Origin: Candidatus Kerfeldbacteria bacterium
Lineage (GTDB): Bacteria; Patescibacteriota; Patescibacteriia; UBA9570; XYC2-FULL-38-9
NCBI GenBank assembly: GCA_016182555.1
Contig: JACPGJ010000002.1
Coordinates: forward strand, 48,040-112,039
Direction: 5' to 3'
Length of the DNA stretch: 64,000 nucleotides
Made by a program: the position numbers and the translations under genes. Position 1 is the stretch's first letter, and every line of letters begins with the position of its first letter. The notes beneath the pieces were generated by a model. The model saw nothing but the letters and a program-made list of their open reading frames with translations, was not told the DNA's origin and did not search any database. Positions 8,168 through 16,338 of the stretch are shown here, one piece after another.

Positions 8168-8561
8168 ATGGAAGAAAAAAATCAGCTACAAGACCAAAGT
8201 AAATCACCGACAACAAATAATACGCATCAACTTATTGCTGTTCAGCATTCTTTTTCAGGTCCCATTCCACCGCCAGATGTGTTGAATGATTACGAACGTA
8301 TTGAAAAAGGATTGGCGAGTCGTATTGTAAATATGGCCGAGAAGCAGTCAGGCCATAGGCAAAACATTGAAAGCAGATATATTCGTTCAGCAAATCTTCG
8401 CTCAATTCGCTGGGTTGTTTGTAGGGGCATATTTAGTCATTCAGGGAAACAATGTCATGGGGATATTATTTTCTTCCGGGCCATTGGCAACAATTATTCT
8501 CGCTTTTTTAAATGAATCTAAAAAGGATAGAGCGGTAAAGCAGGAAGAGGAAGTCGAGTAA
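8168..8561 (+). pseudogene. DUF2335-like small membrane protein, apparently frameshifted
   Basis: Frame A (8168-8515) carries SGPIPPPDVLNDYERIEKGLASRIVNMAEKQSGHRQ. Overlapping frame B (8367-8561) carries the hydrophobic tail ...FAGLFVGAYLVIQGNNVMGILFSSGPLATIILAFLNE. Together they resemble one phage-associated DUF2335-type protein split by a +/-1 shift. The family assignment is from memory. Confidence 0.3.
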
Positions 8562-8604
8562 GTCTATGTAATATAAGGATTGGAGTGTTCCAGTTCGGTA
8601 TAAG

Positions 8605-8623
8605 ATCCCGCAAGGGATTTTTT
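8605..8623 (+). terminator. Intrinsic terminator (ATCCC-GCAA-GGGAT + T6)
   Basis: 5-bp stem with a GNRA tetraloop followed by a T-run, downstream of the DUF2335-like ORFs. Confidence 0.5.
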
Positions 8624-8660
8624 ACTTTATGGAAAGCGGTTTTTTTCCAAAATTTGTACA

Positions 8661-8733
8661 TTGACCCAGTACACAACTTTGATATACTAAACACAGTTGG
8701 ACACTACTCACCGTTGCGGAGCAGTGTTTTTTT
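8661..8733 (+). promoter_or_regulatory. Promoter (TTGACC-N16-TATACT) plus 5' leader hairpin/T7 attenuator-like structure upstream of Bro-N gene 1
   Basis: -35 at 8661-8666 and -10 at 8683-8688, then CACTACTC-N9-GAGCAGTG followed by TTTTTTT at 8703-8733. The ~95-bp module is ~90% identical to 10323-10401. Confidence 0.5.
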
Positions 8734-8765
8734 ACTTGATTCAAAAATTAAATTACAATAAAAGT

Positions 8766-9647
8766 ATGAGCAAACCACAAGACTCTAAATCAATCGTTTT
8801 ATTTGAAGACGTACCCGTCCGTCGTATTTGGGTAGAGCAGGAAGAAAAATGGTATTTTGCTATCGTGGATATCATTAAAATACTCACAGATAGCAAAGAT
8901 CCGCAAGGTTATATTAAAGATATGCGCCGTCGTGATTCTGTATTATCTCAAGGGTGGGGGCAAATTGCCACCCCCCTTTTGGTCGAAACCAGAGGAGGTA
9001 AGCAAAAGGTTAATTGTGCCAATGTTCAAGGGGTTTTGCGTATTATTCAAAGTATCCCATCCAAAAAAGCTGAACCGTTTAAACAGTGGTTAGCTAAGGT
9101 GGGCTATGAGCGGCTCCAAGAAACGGTTGACCCAGAACGGGCGTTAAACCGTGCACGCAAGAATTGGAAAGAATTAGGGCGATCTGAAAAGTGGATTGAG
9201 CAACGAATGCGCGGTCAAGAAACCCGTAATAAACTCACGGACTACTGGCAGACCCACGGGGTAAACGAACAGCCTGAATATGCCCAGTTAACAAATATTA
9301 TTCATAAGGAATGGAGTGGGTTGAGTGTTGGTGAGCATAAGAAACTCAAAAAGTTGAAACAGGAAAATTTACGAGATAATATGACCGAAGCTGAACTGAT
9401 CTTTACCGCTCTTGCCGAATTTTCTACTCGTCAGATTGCAAACCATAATCGATCAGAAGGTTTTGTTGAAAATGCTCAATCGGCTAAGCGAGGCGGAAAA
9501 ATTTCTGCTCATGCTCGTCAACAGCTTGAACAAGAGTCAGGAGAAAAAGTAGTCAGTGCTGAAAATTTTTTACCACCTATATCATTAAGCTCAGCGTTAA
9601 AAAAATCAAAAAACGCAAAGAAGCTGAACTCTCGAAACCGAAAATGA
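8766..9647 (+). CDS. Bro-N/KilA-N-like DNA-binding domain protein (phage antirepressor-like), paralog 1
   Basis: N-terminal ...VRRIWVEQEEKWYFAIVDIIKILTDS...QGVLRIIQSIPSKKAEPFKQWLAKVGYERLQE is a Bro-N-like fold signature. Start set at the internal MSKPQDSK. About 60% identical to the 10435-11286 product. Confidence 0.5.
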   Translation: MSKPQDSKSIVLFEDVPVRRIWVEQEEKWYFAIVDIIKILTDSKDPQGYIKDMRRRDSVLSQGWGQIATPLLVETRGGKQKVNCANVQGVLRIIQSIPSKKAEPFKQWLAKVGYERLQETVDPERALNRARKNWKELGRSEKWIEQRMRGQETRNKLTDYWQTHGVNEQPEYAQLTNIIHKEWSGLSVGEHKKLKKLKQENLRDNMTEAELIFTALAEFSTRQIANHNRSEGFVENAQSAKRGGKISAHARQQLEQESGEKVVSAENFLPPISLSSALKKSKNAKKLNSRNRK

Positions 9648-9673
9648 CTATATTTCATTTACCGATATCCTGA

Positions 9674-9705
9674 TTTTAATGTTATGGAATTCCATAACAT
9701 TAAAA
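9674..9705. repeat. 32-bp perfect palindrome TTTTAATGTTATGGAATTCCATAACATTAAAA
   Basis: Exact reverse-complement symmetry about the central GAATTC. Lies in the 9648-9864 intergenic gap between Bro-N gene 1 and the small wHTH gene. Confidence 0.7.
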
Positions 9706-9864
9706 ATGAAGCCGGTTCTCATGGTTTCATTTGAGATCATGGGCCAATAATTCAGGAATGAAAAAATTTGATAATCATGAATGACGATTTCTCAACCCCA
9801 GATAATGCAAATGTAATAAAATGAAGAGTTTCAAAAGTAATTTACAGAAGACCAATGAATACCA

Positions 9865-10059
9865 TTGGGATTGAATGTACGACAATTCAAAGCAGTGGTA
9901 TACGTTAAAAAAAAGAGAAAAATTACTAATAAAGAATATCAGCAATTATGCTTTGTATCCCGAGAAACTGCTTCGCGTGAGTTAGCGCATCTTACAGATA
10001 AAAATATTTTTGTACATTCGGGAAGTAAGGGTGCTGGTTCGTATTTTACATTAAAATAA
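9865..10059 (+). CDS. Small winged-helix DNA-binding protein
   Basis: 64 aa. ...ITNKEYQQLCFVSRETASRELAHLTDKNIFVHSGSKGAGSYFTL resembles the C-terminal wHTH found in Fic/RecG-like regulator families. Confidence 0.4.
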   Translation: MGLNVRQFKAVVYVKKKRKITNKEYQQLCFVSRETASRELAHLTDKNIFVHSGSKGAGSYFTLK

Positions 10060-10237
10060 TTGCGTCAAATAAATAAAATAAGCCCTGTGTAGCTAGGCCC
10101 TTGCGGGCGAACGGCATGAAGCCGACTTTCACATACACAGGACTTACTTATACGTATACAATAGAGATAGAGCAAATATTCAGGAATATCAAACTTACTT
10201 TTTAAAACTGAAAAATAGGCTTTCGTAACAATGGCCT

Positions 10238-10263
10238 CTGCGCGGTTCACCACTGCCGCGCGG
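10238..10263. repeat. GC-rich hairpin ctgcgcggttcaccactgccgcgcgg (copy 2)
   Basis: Identical to 7685-7710. A local GC-rich patch in otherwise AT-rich DNA. Confidence 0.5.
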
Positions 10264-10328
10264 AAGTCCTCCAATCGCCCCCGTGCACACGCGCTCCTTC
10301 TCGTCTTCTTTTTTTTCAAAATTTGTAC

Positions 10329-10401
10329 ATTGACGCTTCATACAAGTTTGATATACTAAACACAGTTGGACACTACTCACCTTTGCGGAGCAGTGTTTTT
10401 T
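10329..10401 (+). promoter_or_regulatory. Promoter (TTGACG-N16-TATACT) plus leader hairpin/T7 upstream of Bro-N gene 2
   Basis: Same module as 8661-8733. Hairpin CACTACTC...GAGCAGTG at 10370-10394, then T7. Confidence 0.5.
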
Positions 10402-10434
10402 TATGTGAAAATGAATTACTATTAAGAAAGGACT

Positions 10435-11286
10435 ATGCCAACACAAACCGTGCGTACACCAGAAACAACACAAATTGTCTTATTCAAAGGCAAGCAAATC
10501 CGGAAAACCATCCATAATAACGAATGGTGGTTTTCGGTGGTCGATGTAGTAGAAGCATTGACTGACAGCGTGAATGCTAATGATTATTGGTATAAAATGA
10601 AGGTTCGAGTACAGGATGAGGAAAAAATTGAACTATCGACAATTTGTCGACAGTTGAAATTGGTAGCTCCAGATGGAAAAATGCGTGAAACCGACTGTGC
10701 AAATACCGAAGGCATTTTCCGCATCATTCAATCTATTCCTTCTCCAAAAGCCGAGCCATTTAAGCGCTGGTTGGCGAAAGTCGGCTATGAGCGTGTACAG
10801 GAAATTGAAAATCCGGAGTTAGCGACGAAACGTACACGTATGCTCTACAAACTGAAAGGGTATAGTGATGGGTGGATAGAAAAACGAATGCGAGGTATTG
10901 CGATTCGTGAAGAGCTGACCGATGAATGGGATAAACGCGGGGCAAAAGAAGAACAAGATTATGAAATTTTGACTGCTGAAATTTCCAAAGCGACGTTTGG
11001 CGTTACACCGAAACAATACAAAAAATTGAAGGGTATCAAGCGAGAGAATTTACGCGATCACATGGAAGAATTAGAACTGATTTTTAATATGCTTGGAGAA
11101 AAAGCAACAACAGAAATTCACCAGAGTGAAAATTCGCAAGGTATGACGAAATTGAAAGCAGATGCTAAGGCCGGTGGAGATATTGCTGGTGGCGCGAGGA
11201 AAAAATTAGAAAAACGGCTTGGTCGTTCAATCGTTTCAAAAAAGAATTTTCTCAAAAACACCGAAGAGCGCAAGAAATTGAAATAA
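10435..11286 (+). CDS. Bro-N/KilA-N-like DNA-binding domain protein, paralog 2
   Basis: ...IRKTIHNNEWWFSVVDVVEALTDS...EGIFRIIQSIPSPKAEPFKRWLAKVGYERVQE, the same architecture as 8766-9647. Confidence 0.5.
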   Translation: MPTQTVRTPETTQIVLFKGKQIRKTIHNNEWWFSVVDVVEALTDSVNANDYWYKMKVRVQDEEKIELSTICRQLKLVAPDGKMRETDCANTEGIFRIIQSIPSPKAEPFKRWLAKVGYERVQEIENPELATKRTRMLYKLKGYSDGWIEKRMRGIAIREELTDEWDKRGAKEEQDYEILTAEISKATFGVTPKQYKKLKGIKRENLRDHMEELELIFNMLGEKATTEIHQSENSQGMTKLKADAKAGGDIAGGARKKLEKRLGRSIVSKKNFLKNTEERKKLK

Positions 11287-11408
11287 TGTAAATGTTTTGC
11301 ATCTGCAAAGCACCTTATAATATAGTTGAGTATCGTGGTTCAGACAGATACAGTGCCTGAATACCGCGCTCTATTTGGTATATTGAAAAGAAGAAGGGGA
11401 AATGCGCG

Positions 11409-11840
11409 ATGAAAAAGTGGGTAAGTCTTTATGTTCTGGGTTTGCTGTGCATGCTCAGTGGTTGCTCGCTTGGTGGAAATACCGAAGCCAGCAGTCGCGA
11501 GACGGCGGTGGAATCAACCCAGACTACCGCCATGACCGAAAACCCAGACTGCTCCGCAGACTGGGTGTGGGTGAAGGTTGACTTCACTCGAGTGCAATGG
11601 GCATGTGAAGGCGAGGATTGTGTGTATCCCACGACCGGCACCAGCGGTATGTGGGTTCCGACGCCATGGTCAGTCGGCACTGAAAAGGTCTCTCCCTGGG
11701 CTGGAGCGCTCACCTCATTCAGCAGCCTCTCAAGCGCGCTGACCTGGAGCAACTTATGCGTTGGATGGAATTCCAGTTCATTCTGGATTCCTTCCGGCAG
11801 CAATGGCGGCTGTGCACATCTGGAGAAAGTGGCGGAGTAG
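11409..11840 (+). CDS. Lipoprotein, hypothetical
   Basis: MKKWVSLYVLGLLCMLSGC signal plus lipobox. Trp/Cys-rich mature part. Moderately GC-enriched. Confidence 0.5.
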   Translation: MKKWVSLYVLGLLCMLSGCSLGGNTEASSRETAVESTQTTAMTENPDCSADWVWVKVDFTRVQWACEGEDCVYPTTGTSGMWVPTPWSVGTEKVSPWAGALTSFSSLSSALTWSNLCVGWNSSSFWIPSGSNGGCAHLEKVAE

Positions 11841-11984
11841 TCGCCACGGGCTCCGGATTATCGCGCGCAGGTAAAAAATTTCACGTCCGTCGGCTTGAAT
11901 AGAGCGGCAGGCGTGGTTTTTTCTGAATGGAGATAGTTATTTTTTACAAAAAACGCTATAATTGGCTGGCGATAAATAACGATT

Positions 11985-13424
11985 ATGCCGCAAGCACCAC
12001 AGCTTCACCAGCCATCTATTTTTGCACCATTGCGTGCGACAGCCCGCACTCGAGTGTTAGCTCTTTTTTTTGCGGCCACGTGGATCGTCGGCGTTGCAAG
12101 TTTGCTTTTTATCCCCGGCGTTCCGCATTGGTTTTTTTATGCGTTTATCGCTTTCACCGCCGCCAGCCTCTTTTTTGCGCAGTACCCACACCTCGCGCTC
12201 TATGGCATGGCCGCTACGTATCCCTTTCTGTACTGGCAAATTATTTTTGGGCCTATTAACGCACCGGTGGTTGACGTTATCGGCGTTTTTGCGGTTGCCG
12301 GTTTGGCAGTGCGTCTCCTCATTTTCGCTATGAGCGACAAAGCAGCATTTCGTGCCACGCATTGGTGGGGAGGTGGATTGTTTTTGGCTTGGGTTGCAGT
12401 TGGTATCATTTCCGCAACACAAACAATAGTATTACCGGTGACCAGCAGCCTTTATTACGTGTTGCGCATGATGAGTTTTTTCTACATTGCGTATATTTTT
12501 TTCCCAATGAACACCATGAGGAATTCGAAGACACTCCATCATATATTGCGTATTCTTTTGGGGGTGGGAGTGATTGTGGCGATCTATGGTCTATACAGTT
12601 TTGGTGTAGCGCTCGCCAACCCAAATATTCCGGACCGTGCTATTCCTGTAGTGATCTTCGGTTTTGCGCCACTTGGCATAAATCATAACTTGATTGCCGA
12701 TATGATGGTGGCGATTATTCCTATTGGGTTGTATTTATTGAGCCAAGAAAAAAACCCGGTTATACAACGCTTTTTTCTGCTTTCCATTTCGTTGATGGCT
12801 ATGGTCAATATGCTTACATTTTCTCGTACTGGCTGGTTAGCGTTTGTATTAGAAATGGTTTTGCTTGTGGTGTTCCAATACCGTCACCATATAAAACGTT
12901 TCTTCAAATATATGGTGTTGACCAGTCTCATTGCTTTTCCCATTATTGCGTATATGCTCTATTTCACCTTCACCAGCGATATCGTTCGCAGTTCCAACCA
13001 AAGCCGCTTATTTTTGAATGATATTGCACTGCAAATGTTTGAAGACCACCCGTTCATTGGCAATGGGCCAAACGCGTTTGTGTACCAGTTGTCATACAAC
13101 AAATTGTATACCTTAGAATATGGTGAACCGATTGATGCGCATGGGTTTATTCAAAAAGTAGGCAGTGAATTGGGTATTCTTGGTTTGCTTATTTATAATG
13201 CGCTGGTGATTTATGCCATATTCACTGCATATAGAGCTTATAGTCGTTACGCAAAAAATGCGCAAGAATCATATTTGCTCTTTTGCTTATTCCTCCTCGT
13301 GTGTGGTAGTATTTTTTCTCAGTTATTTCAAACGTCATATTATTCACCAAAAATGTGGTTTCCGATTGGTGTAGCGCTTGCCGCCGCATCACTGGCGAAG
13401 AAAAAAGAATCGTTGAGTATATGA
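11985..13424 (+). CDS. O-antigen ligase/polymerase-like membrane protein (Wzy_C family)
   Basis: Polytopic. Carries the LTFSRTGWLAFVLE and EPIDAHGFIQKVGSELGILGLL loop motifs characteristic of WaaL/Wzy-type proteins. The exact start is uncertain. Confidence 0.6.
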   Translation: MPQAPQLHQPSIFAPLRATARTRVLALFFAATWIVGVASLLFIPGVPHWFFYAFIAFTAASLFFAQYPHLALYGMAATYPFLYWQIIFGPINAPVVDVIGVFAVAGLAVRLLIFAMSDKAAFRATHWWGGGLFLAWVAVGIISATQTIVLPVTSSLYYVLRMMSFFYIAYIFFPMNTMRNSKTLHHILRILLGVGVIVAIYGLYSFGVALANPNIPDRAIPVVIFGFAPLGINHNLIADMMVAIIPIGLYLLSQEKNPVIQRFFLLSISLMAMVNMLTFSRTGWLAFVLEMVLLVVFQYRHHIKRFFKYMVLTSLIAFPIIAYMLYFTFTSDIVRSSNQSRLFLNDIALQMFEDHPFIGNGPNAFVYQLSYNKLYTLEYGEPIDAHGFIQKVGSELGILGLLIYNALVIYAIFTAYRAYSRYAKNAQESYLLFCLFLLVCGSIFSQLFQTSYYSPKMWFPIGVALAAASLAKKKESLSI

Positions 13425-14494
13425 AACAGATTGTCCATATCATTGATAGTCTCCGCTGCGATGGTGCTCAGCGTATGTTGACTGAATTGTTAACGCGTTT
13501 GGATTCGCAGCAATTTGAAGCACGGGTGATTGCGCTCACCGGTTCAGGTAACGATTATATCTACCAACAACTGCAGGCTGCGGGAATAGAGGTAGAAATT
13601 ATTCAAGAACGGGGAGTGGGGATGCGATCATTTTTTCAACTGATGCGGTTATTGAAACGCTGGCGGCCAGATATTGTGCATACACATTTATTTTTTTCAG
13701 ATGTGTGGGGTGCGGCCGCATGCAAGCTGGCTGGAGTGCCAGTATTGGTGTCAACTGAACATAATATCAACAGAGATTTTAACCGAACAAAATTAGTGTT
13801 CAAGCGAAAAGCATACAGAAAATGTGATGCGATTATAGCGATTTCACAGGCGGTGAAAGAATATATCGTCGAGCTTGATTCAAAGAACCAATGCAAGGTT
13901 CGATTGATTTATAATGGCATCGATCTTTCCCGTTTTTCTGCAAAGAAAACGCCAACAATGCTACACCAACCGCCCGTCATTTCTATTATTGGTCGTTTAG
14001 AAGAGCAGAAAGGACATGCCCAGGCGATAGCTGCGTTTGCGCAGGTGAAAGGAGCGGTTGATTTACATATTATTGGGCAGGGGAGTTTACAGCTTGCCTT
14101 AGAACAACAGGTACAGCAAATTGGGTTGAAAAACCGTGTGCAATTTTTGGGGCAACGAATAGATATTGAACAGGTGTATGCTGATTCGGATATTATTTTT
14201 ATCCCATCCCGTTTTGAAGGGTTCGGATTAGTCGCGGTTGAAGCCATGGCCGCTGGGAAACCCATTGTGGCTTCACGTGTTGATGGTTTGGCAGAAATTT
14301 TGCAACACGAAAAAACAGCGTTGTTGGTTGACATGCAACAACCCAAAACAGTGGCCCAGCAGATAGATCGTTTACTGGCTGAGCCGACATTGCGCGCCCA
14401 CCTTGGTGCAACAGCGAAACAAGATGCGCAACGTTTTGATATTGCAAAAACGGTGGAACAATACCAGCAGCTCTACAAAGAATTAACCACATGA
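13421..14494 (+). CDS. Glycosyltransferase family 4
   Basis: C-terminal EGFGLVAVEAMAAGKPIVASRVDG (the E-x7-E GT4 signature region). Start at the internal MKQIVHI. Confidence 0.8.
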   Translation: MKQIVHIIDSLRCDGAQRMLTELLTRLDSQQFEARVIALTGSGNDYIYQQLQAAGIEVEIIQERGVGMRSFFQLMRLLKRWRPDIVHTHLFFSDVWGAAACKLAGVPVLVSTEHNINRDFNRTKLVFKRKAYRKCDAIIAISQAVKEYIVELDSKNQCKVRLIYNGIDLSRFSAKKTPTMLHQPPVISIIGRLEEQKGHAQAIAAFAQVKGAVDLHIIGQGSLQLALEQQVQQIGLKNRVQFLGQRIDIEQVYADSDIIFIPSRFEGFGLVAVEAMAAGKPIVASRVDGLAEILQHEKTALLVDMQQPKTVAQQIDRLLAEPTLRAHLGATAKQDAQRFDIAKTVEQYQQLYKELTT

Positions 14495-14498
14495 GTGT

Positions 14499-15164
14499 AT
14501 GAAATTGACTGCACGGTTTTCTACGTATTTTCGTGATAAAAAATGGCAATTGTTTGAACAACATTTTTCGCTTCATCCGCAAACCACCATACTCGATATT
14601 GGTTATCAAAATAAGGAATACCAAGCGGCAGATAATTATTTAGAAAAACACTATCCGTTTCCAGCACAGATTACCGCACTCGGTATTGATCCACCGGAGG
14701 AGTTTCAACAACGGTATCCGCAAGTGAAAACGGTGCATTACGACGGCCGCGTTTTTCCATTCGCTGACAACACATTTGATATCGCCTGGTCCAACGCTAC
14801 TATTGAGCATGTGGGTCCATTCGACCGTCAACTCGTATTTATAAAAGAGATGGCACGCACGTCACGTAATCTTTTTTTCACCACTCCGAACCGTTGGTTT
14901 CCCATTGAAGTACACACCCGTTTTCCTTTTATTCACTGGTTGCCACGTCACTGGTTTAATGGCATAGTGAAGTTGTTCGGCAAAGATTGGGCCGCAGGCG
15001 ACTATATGTTTTTATTAAGCAGCCGGCAGCTGAAACGTTTACTCGCCGCTTCCGGTATTGAGCGCTATACGCTTATTCGTCAACGCTTCTGCGGTTTTAC
15101 TCTTCAGTTTATTGTTATTGTGCATCACTCATCAGCAACACATGAAGATACTCCAAATCAATAA
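14499..15164 (+). CDS. Class I SAM-dependent methyltransferase (Methyltransf_11-like)
   Basis: ILDIGYQ (motif I) and FPFADNTFDIAWSNATIEHV (motif II/post II). Confidence 0.6.
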   Translation: MKLTARFSTYFRDKKWQLFEQHFSLHPQTTILDIGYQNKEYQAADNYLEKHYPFPAQITALGIDPPEEFQQRYPQVKTVHYDGRVFPFADNTFDIAWSNATIEHVGPFDRQLVFIKEMARTSRNLFFTTPNRWFPIEVHTRFPFIHWLPRHWFNGIVKLFGKDWAAGDYMFLLSSRQLKRLLAASGIERYTLIRQRFCGFTLQFIVIVHHSSATHEDTPNQ

Positions 15165-16338
15165 ATTTTTTTACCGCCGTGCTGGTGCAGAGAATTATTT
15201 TTTAGATGTGAGCCGTGCGCTGGAACAGGCTGGTCACGAGATGGCGTTTTTTTCCATGCACCATCCGCAGAATGTACCGAGCCCGTACGCAAAATATTTT
15301 ATTGACGAAATTGATTTTGGGAGCGGTGCGCAGCGGTCAATACAAAAAGCCGCCCATTTTATTTATTCTACAGAAGCCGCAAAAAAATTAGAGCAGCTGA
15401 TTACCGATCACCGCCCAGACATTGCCCATGTGCATAATATTGCTCATCAGCTGACGCCATCAGTACTGGATACCCTTCGGAAACACCATATTCCTGTCGT
15501 GATGACGCTGCACGATTATCAAGTGCTTTGCCCGAATTACAAACTATTTACCCAAGGCAGCCCGTGCGAACGCTGTAAAGTGCATCAATATTGGAATGCC
15601 ATCAAATTCAACTGCGTGCAAGATGCGAAATTGCCCTCTGCACTTTCTGCAGTAGAAATGGCGGTGCAGAATGTGTTCAAAAAAACGTATGCTAAAGGAG
15701 TGAATATATTTATTGCACCATCACAGTTTATGTATACCAAAATGAATGAGTGGGGCTGGCCAGAAAGCCAACTGCACTACTTGCCAAACTTCATTGATCG
15801 CATTCGTGATACACGCATCAAAAAAAAGAATCAATTTGCCTATATTGGACGACTCACCAAAGAGAAGGGGGTGCACCTTGTGTTGGAAGCTGCTCGTCGC
15901 ATGCAAGATACCACATTTATTTTTGCCGGTTCTGGGGAAGAGGAATCAAACATGAAAGCAACGATTCAAAAAGAAGGTTTGAAAAATTGTGTCATGCTGG
16001 GTTTCCAACCTGAACACAAAATTGATACACTCATTCAAGAATCACAAGCGGTATTGGTACCGTCATTGTGGTGGGAGAACGCACCCTTGTCTGTATATGA
16101 AGCATTGGCGTTAGGCACGCCCGTTATTGCATCCAACCGTGGTGGCTTACCAGAATTGATAAAAAAAGGAAAAAATGGTATAATATTTAATCCAGAAAAA
16201 TCAAACGCCCTGGCTGAAGCCATTCAGCAAATGCTCGCTATGCCACCTTTACAAATTCCTAAAAATACGTATACTGTAGGGTCTCATGTCGAGGCACTCA
16301 CCGCACTTTATGAAAAAACTATTCGCCAAAAAAAATAG
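15142..16338 (+). CDS. Glycosyltransferase family 4
   Basis: MKILQINKFFYRRAGAE N-terminus. C-terminal SLWWENAPLSVYEALALGTPVIASNRGGLPE. Confidence 0.75.
   Translation: MKILQINKFFYRRAGAENYFLDVSRALEQAGHEMAFFSMHHPQNVPSPYAKYFIDEIDFGSGAQRSIQKAAHFIYSTEAAKKLEQLITDHRPDIAHVHNIAHQLTPSVLDTLRKHHIPVVMTLHDYQVLCPNYKLFTQGSPCERCKVHQYWNAIKFNCVQDAKLPSALSAVEMAVQNVFKKTYAKGVNIFIAPSQFMYTKMNEWGWPESQLHYLPNFIDRIRDTRIKKKNQFAYIGRLTKEKGVHLVLEAARRMQDTTFIFAGSGEEESNMKATIQKEGLKNCVMLGFQPEHKIDTLIQESQAVLVPSLWWENAPLSVYEALALGTPVIASNRGGLPELIKKGKNGIIFNPEKSNALAEAIQQMLAMPPLQIPKNTYTVGSHVEALTALYEKTIRQKK

Noticed and set aside
10065-10319. ORF 10065-10319(-) and 7713-7895(-) sharing the peptide FRAAVVNRAE
   Set aside because: The shared peptide is the translation of the duplicated GC-hairpin DNA module (7682-7713 / 10235-10266) and does not indicate a conserved protein.
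11927-12259. ORF 11927-12259(+) overlapping the start of the O-antigen-ligase-like gene
   Set aside because: It is an alternate frame across the start of the O-antigen-ligase-like gene, whose long polytopic frame 11985-13424 is the coherent one. No independent support.
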